This document shows positions 1 to 10,151 of a stretch of DNA of 64,000 bases, piece by piece (position 1 is the first letter of the stretch; each line of letters begins with the position of its first letter). The translations under genes and the position numbers were made by a program. This DNA is from Candidatus Hermodarchaeota archaeon (GTDB lineage Archaea; Asgardarchaeota; Hermodarchaeia; Hermodarchaeales; Hermodarchaeaceae), in NCBI GenBank assembly GCA_016839805.1, contig JAEOTO010000007.1, positions 1 to 64,000 on the forward strand, given 5' to 3'. A model generated the notes under the pieces. The model had not been told where the DNA came from. It searched no databases and worked only from the letters and a program-made list of their open reading frames with translations.

Positions 1-67
1 CTGAACATTATTGGATCTCCCATTAACTAAAGAAAACGGGTAGGTCTGTTTGATGCGAGCTGTTATA

Positions 68-1423
68 CTAATCGTCTTCCGTAATTTCAGGAGGGATGAA
101 TACTTCTTTCTTGCCTCCACGGAACCTTCCAATTGTGGTTCCCACAACTGTTCCTATATAGGGCCATAAGAAGGTGACAAATAAAAGTAAAAAGTAGGCG
201 ATTAAAAGATTGAGATTTAACGTAAGAACTGCGTCAATCCAACCTAATGAAGAGAAAACAAAAAGTGTTGTGGGAAGCGTAGGCCAAATGAAATAGAAAA
301 TAGCGAATAAAAGTGGTACGGCTACAACAAGGTTGATACCAAAGGCTACTTTTCTTGCTCTACCACGACTAATAATCCCTGCGATGATTCCAATAATCAT
401 TCCCACCAATAACAGAAAGAAGTATTGTCCCAATTCTACATGCATATAACTGAGAGGAATCAAGCCGATAAAGGGAATTATGTTCCATGGAATAAGATTC
501 ATCCAACTGACGAATAATGTGTAAGGTGAAGTAGTTACCCATGCCCGCACAAATCGAGCGGTAGCTTGGAAGTCTGCTAAGCCGAGCCCAAAGATAAATT
601 GACCACCCACAGCTAGCCCCCGAATAAAAGCAGCAGCCAGTAGCAGGCTAAGGAATATGACCATCACTAGATAATCCCCGGCTTTCATCTTAATTTCATG
701 AAGGTAGGTGCGAGCTCGCAGGTTATACCCAAACCCTCGAGACTCGATAGCAGTTGCGATATCACGAGTTCGACGCATTGAATTGGCAATAGATGGCACT
801 AACATTTTTGTGAGAAGGGCTGAGAAGCGTTTAATAGGGTTGCGGAATTCATATTCCCAACCTCGGGCTTGCTGGGCTTCCCTAATTCGGCGGTTCTCAT
901 CAATTAAAACAGGAAGATAACCCAGACCTATGCTTACAGCAAGAGCAAATTCCGGAGGAACACGTAATTTTGTTAGAGCTAGGATGAGGTCTCGAATTGG
1001 CGTCAGCATTAGCACCGTCCTAATCATCACTAAAATGATTAGGAAGCGAAAGAGGGCTCCAATCCCCCAAACTACTGATTCAACTGTAATAGGGAAAAGT
1101 GGAGGAAAAGTCCAGAACACTAAGTAAAATATGACTAAGGGATCAGGAACTCGAACAGGCGGAAGAATAAGGTTAAAGATAAAATACATAACGGCAACCG
1201 GAAAAATTGATCGAATAAAGGAAGCAATCTTGCTTAGGGGAATCCGGGCAAGTCGAAGAATAATCAATTCAAAGAAAAAGAGGGCAATTAGCCAGATTGG
1301 ATCATTAAACCATACAGACATGATGACGATGGATATCGCCATGAAGATTTTTGTCCGTGGATCACGCCGGTGGAAAAAATCGTCTCCTGGGACATACTCA
1401 AAAGCCATCTGTATACACCTCAT
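68..1423 (-). CDS. ecfT: ECF transporter transmembrane component T with a long extra C-terminal membrane region
   Basis: HRRDPRTK N-terminus, AQQARG and AIESRGF coupling motifs; directly downstream of the ECF ATPase. Likely start is ATG at 1408 after GAGGTG. Confidence 0.88.
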   Translation of the reverse strand: MRCIQMAFEYVPGDDFFHRRDPRTKIFMAISIVIMSVWFNDPIWLIALFFFELIILRLARIPLSKIASFIRSIFPVAVMYFIFNLILPPVRVPDPLVIFYLVFWTFPPLFPITVESVVWGIGALFRFLIILVMIRTVLMLTPIRDLILALTKLRVPPEFALAVSIGLGYLPVLIDENRRIREAQQARGWEYEFRNPIKRFSALLTKMLVPSIANSMRRTRDIATAIESRGFGYNLRARTYLHEIKMKAGDYLVMVIFLSLLLAAAFIRGLAVGGQFIFGLGLADFQATARFVRAWVTTSPYTLFVSWMNLIPWNIIPFIGLIPLSYMHVELGQYFFLLLVGMIIGIIAGIISRGRARKVAFGINLVVAVPLLFAIFYFIWPTLPTTLFVFSSLGWIDAVLTLNLNLLIAYFLLLFVTFLWPYIGTVVGTTIGRFRGGKKEVFIPPEITEDD

Positions 1424-3186
1424 AAAAGCTTGGATACATATTCTGCCATCTCATCTACATTTAATACATTAATTGGCAACCCATACTCGTGCAAGGCTTG
1501 ACCAAACCGAGTAATTTGTGGAGGCTGAATAAAACTGCGAGCGAGAATCTCTGATTGGGAATAAACATCACGAACTGGACCGTCCAAAAGAATACGTCCA
1601 TTACGGAGTACAACAATTCGGTTACAATACTCAGCGGCAAGGTTCATATCGTGAGTGATAATGATTATCGTCTTACCCCCTTCGTTAAGACGTTTATAAA
1701 ACCTCATCATTTCATTACCCGTTTTAAAATCTTGACCCGTTGTAGGTTCATCGACAATGAGAACCTCAGGGCGCATAGCAAGAACCGACGCCACAGCGAG
1801 CTTCTGCCGTTCACCTTTACTTAACGAAAAGGGTTTCTCGTCAAGTAGTTCATCAAAACCAAAGAGTTTAGCCACCTCATCCCGACGGCGGTTGATTTCT
1901 TCTTTATTGAGCTTCAGGTTCTTTGGACCAAACTCCATTTCGTCTTTAACGGACTGGCAACAAATTTGGAAATCTGGATTTTGGAAAACATAACCTACAT
2001 GAGTGGAGAGCTGTGCAATTGTTTTGTTTTTCGTGTTATCCCCCATCACCCATGCATCACCATGCGTAGGTAAAAGAAGACCGTTGAAGTGTTTGACGAG
2101 CGTGGTTTTCCCTGACCCGTTTTGTCCGATTATCCCTACGAAATCTCCTGCTTTAATTGAAAGATCGACACTCCGAAGCGCGTGGACTTCGCCCTCTTCA
2201 TAAACATGCCAAAGCGACTCCGTTCGTAGAATCTCTTCTCCTAAATTGACTCGCTTTTTTTCTTCTAATCTTACTGGTGATCCATCTTGTTTTTTTAGGA
2301 GAGATTTGAATTTGGTGATAGCTTCATCTAGTGTGAGTGGTAGTTCAGATCCAATACGTCCACTATCAATTTTGGAGGCTAGAAGGGCAACTTGAGGTGG
2401 TTTAAGGCCGATCTTGCCCATTAACTGTACATCCTTTAGTAACTCCCTGGGCGTTCCTTCGAGAATGATTTTGCCTTCATTAAGAATGATAAGGCGATCA
2501 ACGATAGGCAATACTTCTTCCATCTTATGCTCGACAATTAGCATGGTCTTCTTTTCTTCACGAACCATCTTGGTAATAAGTTCTAGCACACGGTGACTCC
2601 CAATTGGGTCCAAGTTAGAGGTGGGTTCATCAAGAACATAGATGTTAGGATGCATCGCCATGACCGCGGCAAGTGCACACGCCTGCTGTTCACCTCCTGA
2701 AAGCCGATGAGGACTTGTATTCGCATAGCGATCAAGACGCACTAGTTTTCTGAAATTTTCCACACGCTGAAGGATTTCGTCCCGTGGAACGCCATAGTTT
2801 TCAGCTCCAAAAGCAATCTCCTCGTTGACGGTAGGCGCGATCAATTGTGCAGCAGGATCTTGAAACAGTAGACCCACACGCTGAGATAAATACGCAATGG
2901 TGTTTTTCCGAGTGTCTTGACCTTGAATATGTACAGTTCCTGTCATGGTACCCCGGAAGAAGTGGGGAACCAACCCATTCAACATCTGGCAAAGGGTGGA
3001 TTTTCCTGCTCCCGCAGGACCGGAGAGCATAATAATCTCCCCTGGTTCCATTTGGAGATTAATTGAATCGAGGGCTGGCTGGTCAGACCCTTGATAGGTA
3101 AAAGAAACATCCTCGAGTAAGATATCTGGATCGCGTCCCATTACAACCACACATTCTGTAATGATTTGTTGCCAGTGATTATACAT
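1420..3186 (-). CDS. ECF transporter fused double ABC ATPase (EcfA-EcfA')
   Basis: Two Walker A motifs (GPAGAGKS, GQNGSGKT), LSGGE/LSKGE signatures, two DEPT motifs, FQDP/FQNP Q-loops. Likely start near 3141. Confidence 0.92.
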   Translation of the reverse strand: MYNHWQQIITECVVVMGRDPDILLEDVSFTYQGSDQPALDSINLQMEPGEIIMLSGPAGAGKSTLCQMLNGLVPHFFRGTMTGTVHIQGQDTRKNTIAYLSQRVGLLFQDPAAQLIAPTVNEEIAFGAENYGVPRDEILQRVENFRKLVRLDRYANTSPHRLSGGEQQACALAAVMAMHPNIYVLDEPTSNLDPIGSHRVLELITKMVREEKKTMLIVEHKMEEVLPIVDRLIILNEGKIILEGTPRELLKDVQLMGKIGLKPPQVALLASKIDSGRIGSELPLTLDEAITKFKSLLKKQDGSPVRLEEKKRVNLGEEILRTESLWHVYEEGEVHALRSVDLSIKAGDFVGIIGQNGSGKTTLVKHFNGLLLPTHGDAWVMGDNTKNKTIAQLSTHVGYVFQNPDFQICCQSVKDEMEFGPKNLKLNKEEINRRRDEVAKLFGFDELLDEKPFSLSKGERQKLAVASVLAMRPEVLIVDEPTTGQDFKTGNEMMRFYKRLNEGGKTIIIITHDMNLAAEYCNRIVVLRNGRILLDGPVRDVYSQSEILARSFIQPPQITRFGQALHEYGLPINVLNVDEMAEYVSKLL

Positions 3187-3370
3187 TAAGATATTTAGCT
3201 TTTACATCCGTACGAATCTTGGATTGAACAAACACCAGTCAAGCCCAAATAGTGAAAAGATTGGATTTTCTAAGGAAAAATATCGCCAAAATGCGCATTT
3301 TAACCGAATTCTTAGGTGTTTTTAAATAACCGTCAATGTATAAATATCACTTCTCTTCTTATTCGCTTCG

Positions 3371-3949
3371 GTGATAAAAATCACTGAAACAAAAGAATAT
3401 CGTCGACCACTGCTAACGTCGCGGCAAGTTGCTATGATCGCTGCCTTTGGTGGTCTTGGCTTTGCCTGGCGTGCTCTTGGACTAGTAATTCCTTTATATC
3501 CACCATACGTGCTTGACATTCGGGAAAGTATCAATGTAATCGCCGCTTTCGCAGGTGGACCTTGGGTTGCTGTAGGTGTAGGAATACTCATCGGCCTCCC
3601 ATCATCTGTTCCATTTTGTGATGTAATATACTATCCACTAATCGGGATTATCCTATCGATATTCAGTAAACACATCTTTGCGAAACGAGAGATGTGGTAC
3701 GGAGTCTACTCACTCATCATTTTGTCTATAGTAATTGTCGTAGCAGAAGCCATAGCATTAACTATCTTTAACTTCGAACTAGCAATCGTTGGACTCGTTT
3801 CCTTCGAAGCTGAGATGATCGCATCCTTCCTTGGTGGCACTTATCTAATCTATGTGATACAGGCGATTATACCACTTTGGATCATTCTAAAACTCTTCCC
3901 AGACTTTATGCGCCCAATCTGGCTATGGAAGGGAGGCGAGGAGGAATAG
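3371..3949 (+). CDS. ECF transporter substrate-specific S component
   Basis: About 190 aa, about 6 TM segments, N-terminal SRQVAMIAAF AxxxA-like motif, GGPW motif; divergent from ecfA/ecfT. Confidence 0.7.
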   Translation: MIKITETKEYRRPLLTSRQVAMIAAFGGLGFAWRALGLVIPLYPPYVLDIRESINVIAAFAGGPWVAVGVGILIGLPSSVPFCDVIYYPLIGIILSIFSKHIFAKREMWYGVYSLIILSIVIVVAEAIALTIFNFELAIVGLVSFEAEMIASFLGGTYLIYVIQAIIPLWIILKLFPDFMRPIWLWKGGEEE

Positions 3950-3952
3950 ATT

Positions 3953-4225
3953 ATGAGCGAATTCTTTAAGAAGAATTGGTGGGCATGGTTCCTAATCCTC
4001 ATCATCGTAATCGTCATCCTCGGTGTGGTCAGGCTCTTGGGAGGAAGTACCTGGGCTGATTGGTTTGGTCTGCAACTCTTTAATTTAGGAGTGTTCTGGG
4101 GTCAACGCCCCTTGCATTACGAAACCGTTGGACCATTACTTTCCTTCGGGCTCATGGTTGTCCTGATCATCATCCTCATCGTCATAATCTACTTCCTACG
4201 ACGCACTTTCTTCAAGAAGGGATAG
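3953..4225 (+). CDS. small membrane protein
   Basis: Two hydrophobic helices; GAGGAGG upstream; follows the S component by 3 nt. Confidence 0.7.
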   Translation: MSEFFKKNWWAWFLILIIVIVILGVVRLLGGSTWADWFGLQLFNLGVFWGQRPLHYETVGPLLSFGLMVVLIIILIVIIYFLRRTFFKKG

Positions 4226-4234
4226 ACCAACAAT

Positions 4235-4278
4235 CGGGTCATCCCCCGAGTCTATCCTCTCCCCCTTTTTTATTTTTC
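4235..4278 (+). terminator. probable terminator (short hairpin plus pyrimidine/T tract)
   Basis: TCGGG..CCCGA inverted repeat followed by CCCCCTTTTTTATTTTT just after the stop codon. Confidence 0.45.
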
Positions 4279-4359
4279 AATTAAATCCAATACTGTTTCC
4301 CTAGGGATACTGGTTATCCCCTAATTTTTGAGCAGTAAAAAAGTTAATCTATCACAAAT

Positions 4360-5607
4360 GTGAGTTTTTCATTTGAAGGATGTGAGTCCTTGAGCTGGAA
4401 AAGTATTGATTGGGAGCTTGAGTTGTTAGGAAAGTTAGTCGCGGTGGATACTACTAATACAGGTACAACACGACGTAACTATTCTGAATGTTCTTCTCTT
4501 ATCAAATCTGAAGCTGAAATGCTTGGACTTAAAACTCAAATCATTGATGGAAAGAGTGCTACAGAAGATGGGGAATCACGCCCCAATGTGATTGTTGATC
4601 TTGACACAGGCTCGAATGTTACAATTTTGTTTGTATGTCACTATGATGTTGTTCCTGTTGAACAAGAAAAATGGGTTACTGATCCTTTCTGCCTTACAGT
4701 GAAAGGCGATAAAGCCTTTGGACGAGGTGCCGCTGATGACAAATCAGGTATTGTCATCGTTTTAGGTGCAATGAGAAAGTTGTTGGATAAAAAAGTAAAC
4801 ATCAATTTACGGCTTTGTGCGGCTTGTGATGAAGAAACCGGTGGACCGGGAGGCATCCGGTACTTGTTTAACCAAGCGAAAATTAGAGGAAATGCTGGTA
4901 TTGTTGTTGATGCTGGTCCTCAATACATCGGGATTGGAGCCAGCGGTTCGATTTGGGGTAAAGTCATCGTGAAGGGTAAGGGAGGTCATAGTGGTAATCC
5001 TGATATCCTCGATAACCCAATTTATAAGGCAAGTCGTCTCATCCAATCGCTTGAAAGTTATCATGAAACGGTTAAAGAACGTGTCAATAGCAAACTTAGA
5101 GGTACACCTGCGGCAGTAAAACCTCACCTTTATGGACGCTTATCTGTGAGTATGATTAAAGCTTGGCAAAAGGAAAATATCATCCCTGATGACTGTGAAT
5201 TTCGGTTCGATCGTAGACTCATCCCTGAAGAAGACCCCGATGAAGCTGCAAATACCGTCAAAACCTTCATCGAAAATACAGCACAACAACAGGACACTGA
5301 AGTCACAATAGAGATTATCAATAAAGTTTCAGGTTATTATACAAAGCCTAAACACCCCTGGGTCCAGCTTTTTCACCAAGTCGCCGAAAAAACGTTAGGA
5401 CGTGAATTCTATCTTGGTGCTGATTTAGGCTTTGATGATGGAATGTATCTTGCAGAGGTAGCTATCCCTGTTATCACCTTTGGTGCACTCCGCGATGGCA
5501 CCCGCTATCACAGTCACAATGAGTTTGTCTGGCTGGAAGATCTTCGCGATTGTCGTGATGTTTTTGTCGCATTAGGTCAGCTCTCAGCAGACCATTTTAC
5601 ATTCTAA
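4360..5607 (+). CDS. M20 family metallopeptidase/deacylase (ArgE/DapE-like)
   Basis: HYDVVP, GRGAADDK, DEETGG, GGHS and a C-terminal HSHNE metal-binding motif. Confidence 0.9.
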   Translation: MSFSFEGCESLSWKSIDWELELLGKLVAVDTTNTGTTRRNYSECSSLIKSEAEMLGLKTQIIDGKSATEDGESRPNVIVDLDTGSNVTILFVCHYDVVPVEQEKWVTDPFCLTVKGDKAFGRGAADDKSGIVIVLGAMRKLLDKKVNINLRLCAACDEETGGPGGIRYLFNQAKIRGNAGIVVDAGPQYIGIGASGSIWGKVIVKGKGGHSGNPDILDNPIYKASRLIQSLESYHETVKERVNSKLRGTPAAVKPHLYGRLSVSMIKAWQKENIIPDDCEFRFDRRLIPEEDPDEAANTVKTFIENTAQQQDTEVTIEIINKVSGYYTKPKHPWVQLFHQVAEKTLGREFYLGADLGFDDGMYLAEVAIPVITFGALRDGTRYHSHNEFVWLEDLRDCRDVFVALGQLSADHFTF

Positions 5608-5634
5608 GAATGTGCCAACATTCCGGTAAATACG

Positions 5635-6120
5635 TTAACCCCGATATACTCGATGAACCACCCATGCACTCCCTATAATCCATCCCCCAATAGCCGTAAA
5701 TAAGCCTCCAAGAAGTAACACCGATGCCCAAGGATAACCCCCACAAAGGACACACCAGGTTGCTAAACTTCCAAAAAGGATAGTGCATATCCACCCCCAT
5801 AGGATAATAAAAAGAAGCTGAGATCGCCATGTACGATGTAAACGTTCTTCTTCTTGTTCTGTGGTCATTGGTTGCTGCCTAAGACTGATAGGACGCATCT
5901 TCTCACGGAAAGATGCGACTCCTGGAACTCGCCAAAGCCACCAACTTAATAAAAACAATTGAAAGGACACATAAGTAATGCCTGAATTCATCAAGGTTCC
6001 TGGATTCACGAAAAAGACTATACAGAAAAGACTGCCACCAATTATAGCATGAAAGATGCATAACATCTTGACCCCGTAACCGGATTCCAGTGAGAATCTG
6101 CTAGCCAATCTGGTCCACAT
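5635..6120 (-). CDS. hypothetical membrane protein
   Basis: Four hydrophobic segments; fills the intergenic space. Confidence 0.6.
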   Translation of the reverse strand: MWTRLASRFSLESGYGVKMLCIFHAIIGGSLFCIVFFVNPGTLMNSGITYVSFQLFLLSWWLWRVPGVASFREKMRPISLRQQPMTTEQEEERLHRTWRSQLLFIILWGWICTILFGSLATWCVLCGGYPWASVLLLGGLFTAIGGWIIGSAWVVHRVYRG

Positions 6121-6162
6121 CTCATTTTGTGTAATTTTATTGATTGTGATGGTATGATGCGG

Positions 6163-6378
6163 TCATTTTGTAGTACGCCCCCTCCACCAGATAATTACAC
6201 AAATAGCTAAAATAACCAGATAGGTTCCTATACCTGCCAAGATTGCATTAATAGGTCCTACGATTGGAAAAACGACCGTGTAGATTACAAGGGGAATCAC
6301 AAAAATTAACAGTGCAAAAATGCAAGGAACCATCTCTCTAATCTGATCTCTTTTCAGAGGAGGCTTCTGATCTGACAT
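6163..6378 (-). CDS. small membrane protein
   Basis: Two TM segments, ATG start, basic C-terminal tail. Confidence 0.6.
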   Translation of the reverse strand: MSDQKPPLKRDQIREMVPCIFALLIFVIPLVIYTVVFPIVGPINAILAGIGTYLVILAICVIIWWRGRTTK

Positions 6379-6585
6379 AAGGTATGGTGTGTTTTCAAAG
6401 TATATTACTAATATCCTCTAACAACTAACTTATGCTGAGTGATGGGTGTCAAGGAAGTAGACGCGACTAACACTCAGAAGAGATTCAGAATGAGACACAT
6501 CCCATGCAGTATGCATATGCAAGTGTGGAATGTAATAAAACCATAAAAGTTGAGTGATAAGAAAACTTATTCCAATAATGATTAA

Positions 6586-7626
6586 TTGGTGCATATTATG
6601 CCAGAGCCATTTCGTGTAATACAAATCGGGTTTGGAACCTTAGGCAAGTGGATTGCAAAGGCGATTATCGAGCGAGAAAATCTTCAATTGGCCGCAGTGG
6701 TTGATATCGCTCCCGTCCTCGAGGGCAAGCAGGTGGAAGCCCTTCTGAAGATGGAGCGAAAAACCTCAACGATCATCCACAATGATCTATCAAACACTTT
6801 AGATGAGCTCTCTGAGACTCCACCAGATGTAGCTCTTATTGCCACGTCGTCACACCTAAAGAAGGTTAAACCAACCATTTCAACGTGTTTGCAAGCGGGG
6901 ATGGATGTGATTTCCCTTTGTGAAGAGCTCTCCTATCCCTATGTGCGGCATCCTCAACTATCGAAGCAATTACATAACCTCGCCAATAGTGAGGGGAAAA
7001 CCCTACTTGGGACAGGTATTAATCCCGGATTTCTCATGGATCTTTTACCCATCATTCTTACTGCCCCTTGTCAAAGTGTGGATAAAATTCATGTGACCCG
7101 GAATATGAACTCCAGTTCCCGGCGCGAAGCTTTTCAGAAGAAAGTGGGTACGGGAATGACCAAAGAAGATTTCAAGAAAGCCATTGCAACCGGAACCATC
7201 ACAGGCCATGTGGGACTCGTTGAATCTATTCATATGATTGGCACCGCCCTAAATCTACAATTAGATCATGTAGAAGAATTTCCACCAGAACCTGTCATTG
7301 CTACAGAAAAAATCGTGACCACATACATAACAGTGAATGCGGGAGAAGTTCGGGGACTCAAGAGCCGAGGCGTCGGACAGAAAGCAGGTGACACCATCAT
7401 TACTCTCGACTTCAACGCGTACGCTGACGCTTCACCAGCCTATGATGAGGTGCGTCTTGAAGGACAACCAAACATCCAGCAACGTATTGAAGGTGGAATG
7501 CCAGGCGATGAAGGAACCGTTGGAATGCTTATCAACCTCGTGCCCCTTGTGATAAAAGCGCCTCCGGGGCTTCTCACAATGAAGGATATTCCTTGTCCAC
7601 ATAATACCGAACGTGTGTGGAAATAA
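6586..7626 (+). CDS. NAD(P)-dependent amine dehydrogenase / 2,4-diaminopentanoate dehydrogenase-like (DapB-like N domain)
   Basis: GFGTLG Rossmann motif; CEEL, GTGINPGFLMD and GHVGL motifs. Confidence 0.8.
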   Translation: MVHIMPEPFRVIQIGFGTLGKWIAKAIIERENLQLAAVVDIAPVLEGKQVEALLKMERKTSTIIHNDLSNTLDELSETPPDVALIATSSHLKKVKPTISTCLQAGMDVISLCEELSYPYVRHPQLSKQLHNLANSEGKTLLGTGINPGFLMDLLPIILTAPCQSVDKIHVTRNMNSSSRREAFQKKVGTGMTKEDFKKAIATGTITGHVGLVESIHMIGTALNLQLDHVEEFPPEPVIATEKIVTTYITVNAGEVRGLKSRGVGQKAGDTIITLDFNAYADASPAYDEVRLEGQPNIQQRIEGGMPGDEGTVGMLINLVPLVIKAPPGLLTMKDIPCPHNTERVWK

Positions 7627-7674
7627 TCGAGCTTACTATCAAGATACCATCATCGAACAGGAGATAGGTAAAAG

Positions 7675-8985
7675 ATGCTAGAGCGCTATAAAGAAGCTAC
7701 CAAAAAATCAAAGGTTAACTGGGATCATGCCCTCGAGATATTTCCCGGGGGTATGAGTCACAATATTCGGAGTTTTGGACTCGATCGGGTTCATGTCTAT
7801 CCGCCTTTCATGCAACGTGGTGAGGGCAGCCATATCTGGGACGTAGATGGTAACGAATACATAGATTATTGGATGACCCACTTTTCTCTCATCTTGGGTC
7901 ATAATTACCCCGCCATTCGAAAAACTATCCTAGATCAACTGGAACAGGGTGTACACCTAGGTACACTAAATGAACCACAGATCGAATTTGGTGAAATGCT
8001 CAAAAATGCGATTCCTTATATGAAGTTATTGCGATTCTGTACAACGGGTTCAGACGCCACGATGTATGCGACTCGCCTATGCCGACTATTTACAGGCAAG
8101 CAGCTTGTAGGGAAGGTCAAGGGTGGTTGGCATGGAGGCAATGACGCCCTTTGCTATCATCTCCACTATCCTTTCAAGGATGAGCCTTTCTTCGATGGGG
8201 TTTCCTTCGAATTCAACGATCGTAACAGCCTTGATACTCTGCTAAAAGCCCATGGTAAAAAATTAGCCGCCATTATCATTGAACCGGTTCTTGGTGCGGG
8301 TGGGGGACTAGCTCCTGAACCAGACTTTATTCCCTATCTTCGAGAAGAAACAGAGAGCCGTGATATACTCTTGGTCTTTGATGAAATAATTACTGGATTT
8401 CGCCTTTGTTTTGGGACAGCAGGCAATCAAGTTTTTGGAGTTGAACCTGATCTCGTCACTCTTGGCAAAATTGTGGCTGGGGGAATGCCTCTTGGTGTGT
8501 ATGGTGGTCGAGAAGACGTAATGGCATTAGCTGCACCGGGTGCACCTGGTGGTAGATGGGTTGGTGGTGGAACTTTTTCGTCTCATCATCTCTCCATGGT
8601 AGCCGGAAAAGCCACTCTAGCCGCTCTCAAAGATTATAAGAATAAATATTCCCAACTTAATCAGCGCGGAACCAAATTCCGCAAGAAAATAACCGCCATC
8701 TTCGATCACGTACAAATACCTGCAATAGTTACCGGGGAGGGATCTATCGTTTTCATCCATCTCCTTAAATCCTCCCTAACCGAAAGATATCCCACGGCCT
8801 CACAAATTGGTGACGTTTTTAACAAGACGCAGACCGATCTCTTCCAAGCCAGTCTCATCGAAAAAGGTATCTTCGGATATCACGGATTAGGAGGCCTTTC
8901 TTTTGCTCATTCAGAAGCGGATCTCCATCACACCCTGGATGTTATAGAAAAGATTACACCACACTTCAAAATCCACCCTACTTAA
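7675..8985 (+). CDS. class III PLP aminotransferase, glutamate-1-semialdehyde aminomutase-like
   Basis: DVDGNEYIDY, FDEIITGFR, PDLVTLGKIVAGGMP (PLP lysine) and GTFS motifs. Confidence 0.88.
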   Translation: MLERYKEATKKSKVNWDHALEIFPGGMSHNIRSFGLDRVHVYPPFMQRGEGSHIWDVDGNEYIDYWMTHFSLILGHNYPAIRKTILDQLEQGVHLGTLNEPQIEFGEMLKNAIPYMKLLRFCTTGSDATMYATRLCRLFTGKQLVGKVKGGWHGGNDALCYHLHYPFKDEPFFDGVSFEFNDRNSLDTLLKAHGKKLAAIIIEPVLGAGGGLAPEPDFIPYLREETESRDILLVFDEIITGFRLCFGTAGNQVFGVEPDLVTLGKIVAGGMPLGVYGGREDVMALAAPGAPGGRWVGGGTFSSHHLSMVAGKATLAALKDYKNKYSQLNQRGTKFRKKITAIFDHVQIPAIVTGEGSIVFIHLLKSSLTERYPTASQIGDVFNKTQTDLFQASLIEKGIFGYHGLGGLSFAHSEADLHHTLDVIEKITPHFKIHPT

Positions 8986-9235
8986 ACATCCGATCTTCAT
9001 TCAGCCTATACAATAAAGGTCAGTAACAACACGGAAGGTATGAGCCACGTTTATCAGAGCTGCGTAAATGCCCGGACTTCAATAGCAGGAACAGGGTGCC
9101 GCTAACATTACTACTTGTTAACATGTCAAGAGATACAATAGCAATCCAATAGGCGGGTATATTCATAACATAAACGTTGGGTAATTTTGAATCTCCAAAA
9201 TATATAATGCTACATAGCTGCTTAGCCATTGTCCG

Positions 9236-10015
9236 GTGAATACTGTGTCAGGAGATTTCATGCTTGGAAAAATGACTTGGCCCGAGGTAAAGCAGCGTCT
9301 TACTGAATCTAGCATTGCCATTGTACCTGTTGGTTCTACTGAACAGCATGGACCTGCACTTCCTCTTGATAATGATCACTTCACAGCGCTTCAGTTTGCC
9401 AAGATGGCCGCAGACCGGTTGTGGAAGAAGGTAAAGGTCGTTGTGACCCCTCCCATTTGCTTTGGCTATTCTCCACACCACATGGGATTCAAAGGCACCA
9501 TTACGTTGAGGGAAACCACACTTACTGATACAATCTATGACGTGTGTAAATCCTTGGATGCTCATGGTTTTAAGAACATCATTATTCTCAATGGACATGG
9601 TGGTAATAGTACTGCCATTGCTACTGCCTTACATCAACTGCATGGTCAAACAAACGCAAAAGTATTCCACATCGACTGGTGGACACTAGCATCTGATAAG
9701 ATTCTTGAAGTAGCTACAAGACCCGTATACCACGCCTGTGATATGGAAACATCCGTTTCATGGTACTTAGGACAACGGGTGCTTGAAGATAAACTGGTTG
9801 ATGAGCCAGGTAAAAGTCTTGTCCCAGGTTATGTCGAGCCCGATTTGTTCGCCCCATCCCCGAAGGCTTCTATGATGTATTCAATGACCGATATCACAAA
9901 GTCTGGTGTCGTCGGCTATGCACGCAAAGCCACTAAAGAAAAAGGGAAACTGATTGCTGAAGTAGTCTTGGAACGGTTTGTCAAATTCATTGAAAAACTT
10001 GTGAACTCAAAATAA
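9236..10015 (+). CDS. creatininase/creatinine amidohydrolase family protein
   Basis: PVGSTEQHGPALP, SPHH, NGHGGN and HA..ETS motifs. Likely start ATG 9260. Confidence 0.9.
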   Translation: MNTVSGDFMLGKMTWPEVKQRLTESSIAIVPVGSTEQHGPALPLDNDHFTALQFAKMAADRLWKKVKVVVTPPICFGYSPHHMGFKGTITLRETTLTDTIYDVCKSLDAHGFKNIIILNGHGGNSTAIATALHQLHGQTNAKVFHIDWWTLASDKILEVATRPVYHACDMETSVSWYLGQRVLEDKLVDEPGKSLVPGYVEPDLFAPSPKASMMYSMTDITKSGVVGYARKATKEKGKLIAEVVLERFVKFIEKLVNSK

Positions 10016-10151
10016 CCAACTCTGCAAGGAAACTCAAGACTTAATGCTCCCTTGAATTGATAGAAAATTCTTCACCCTGGATTGTCAATGATACTACAAA
10101 AAGAACCGCCAGCACTAATCAGAGAGGAAACAAAGGAGCTGTAGAGTGTTT

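Noticed and set aside
7675-8985. hemL gene symbol
   Set aside because: The family match is clear, but there is no tetrapyrrole context and the N-terminal motif diverges (SHNIR).
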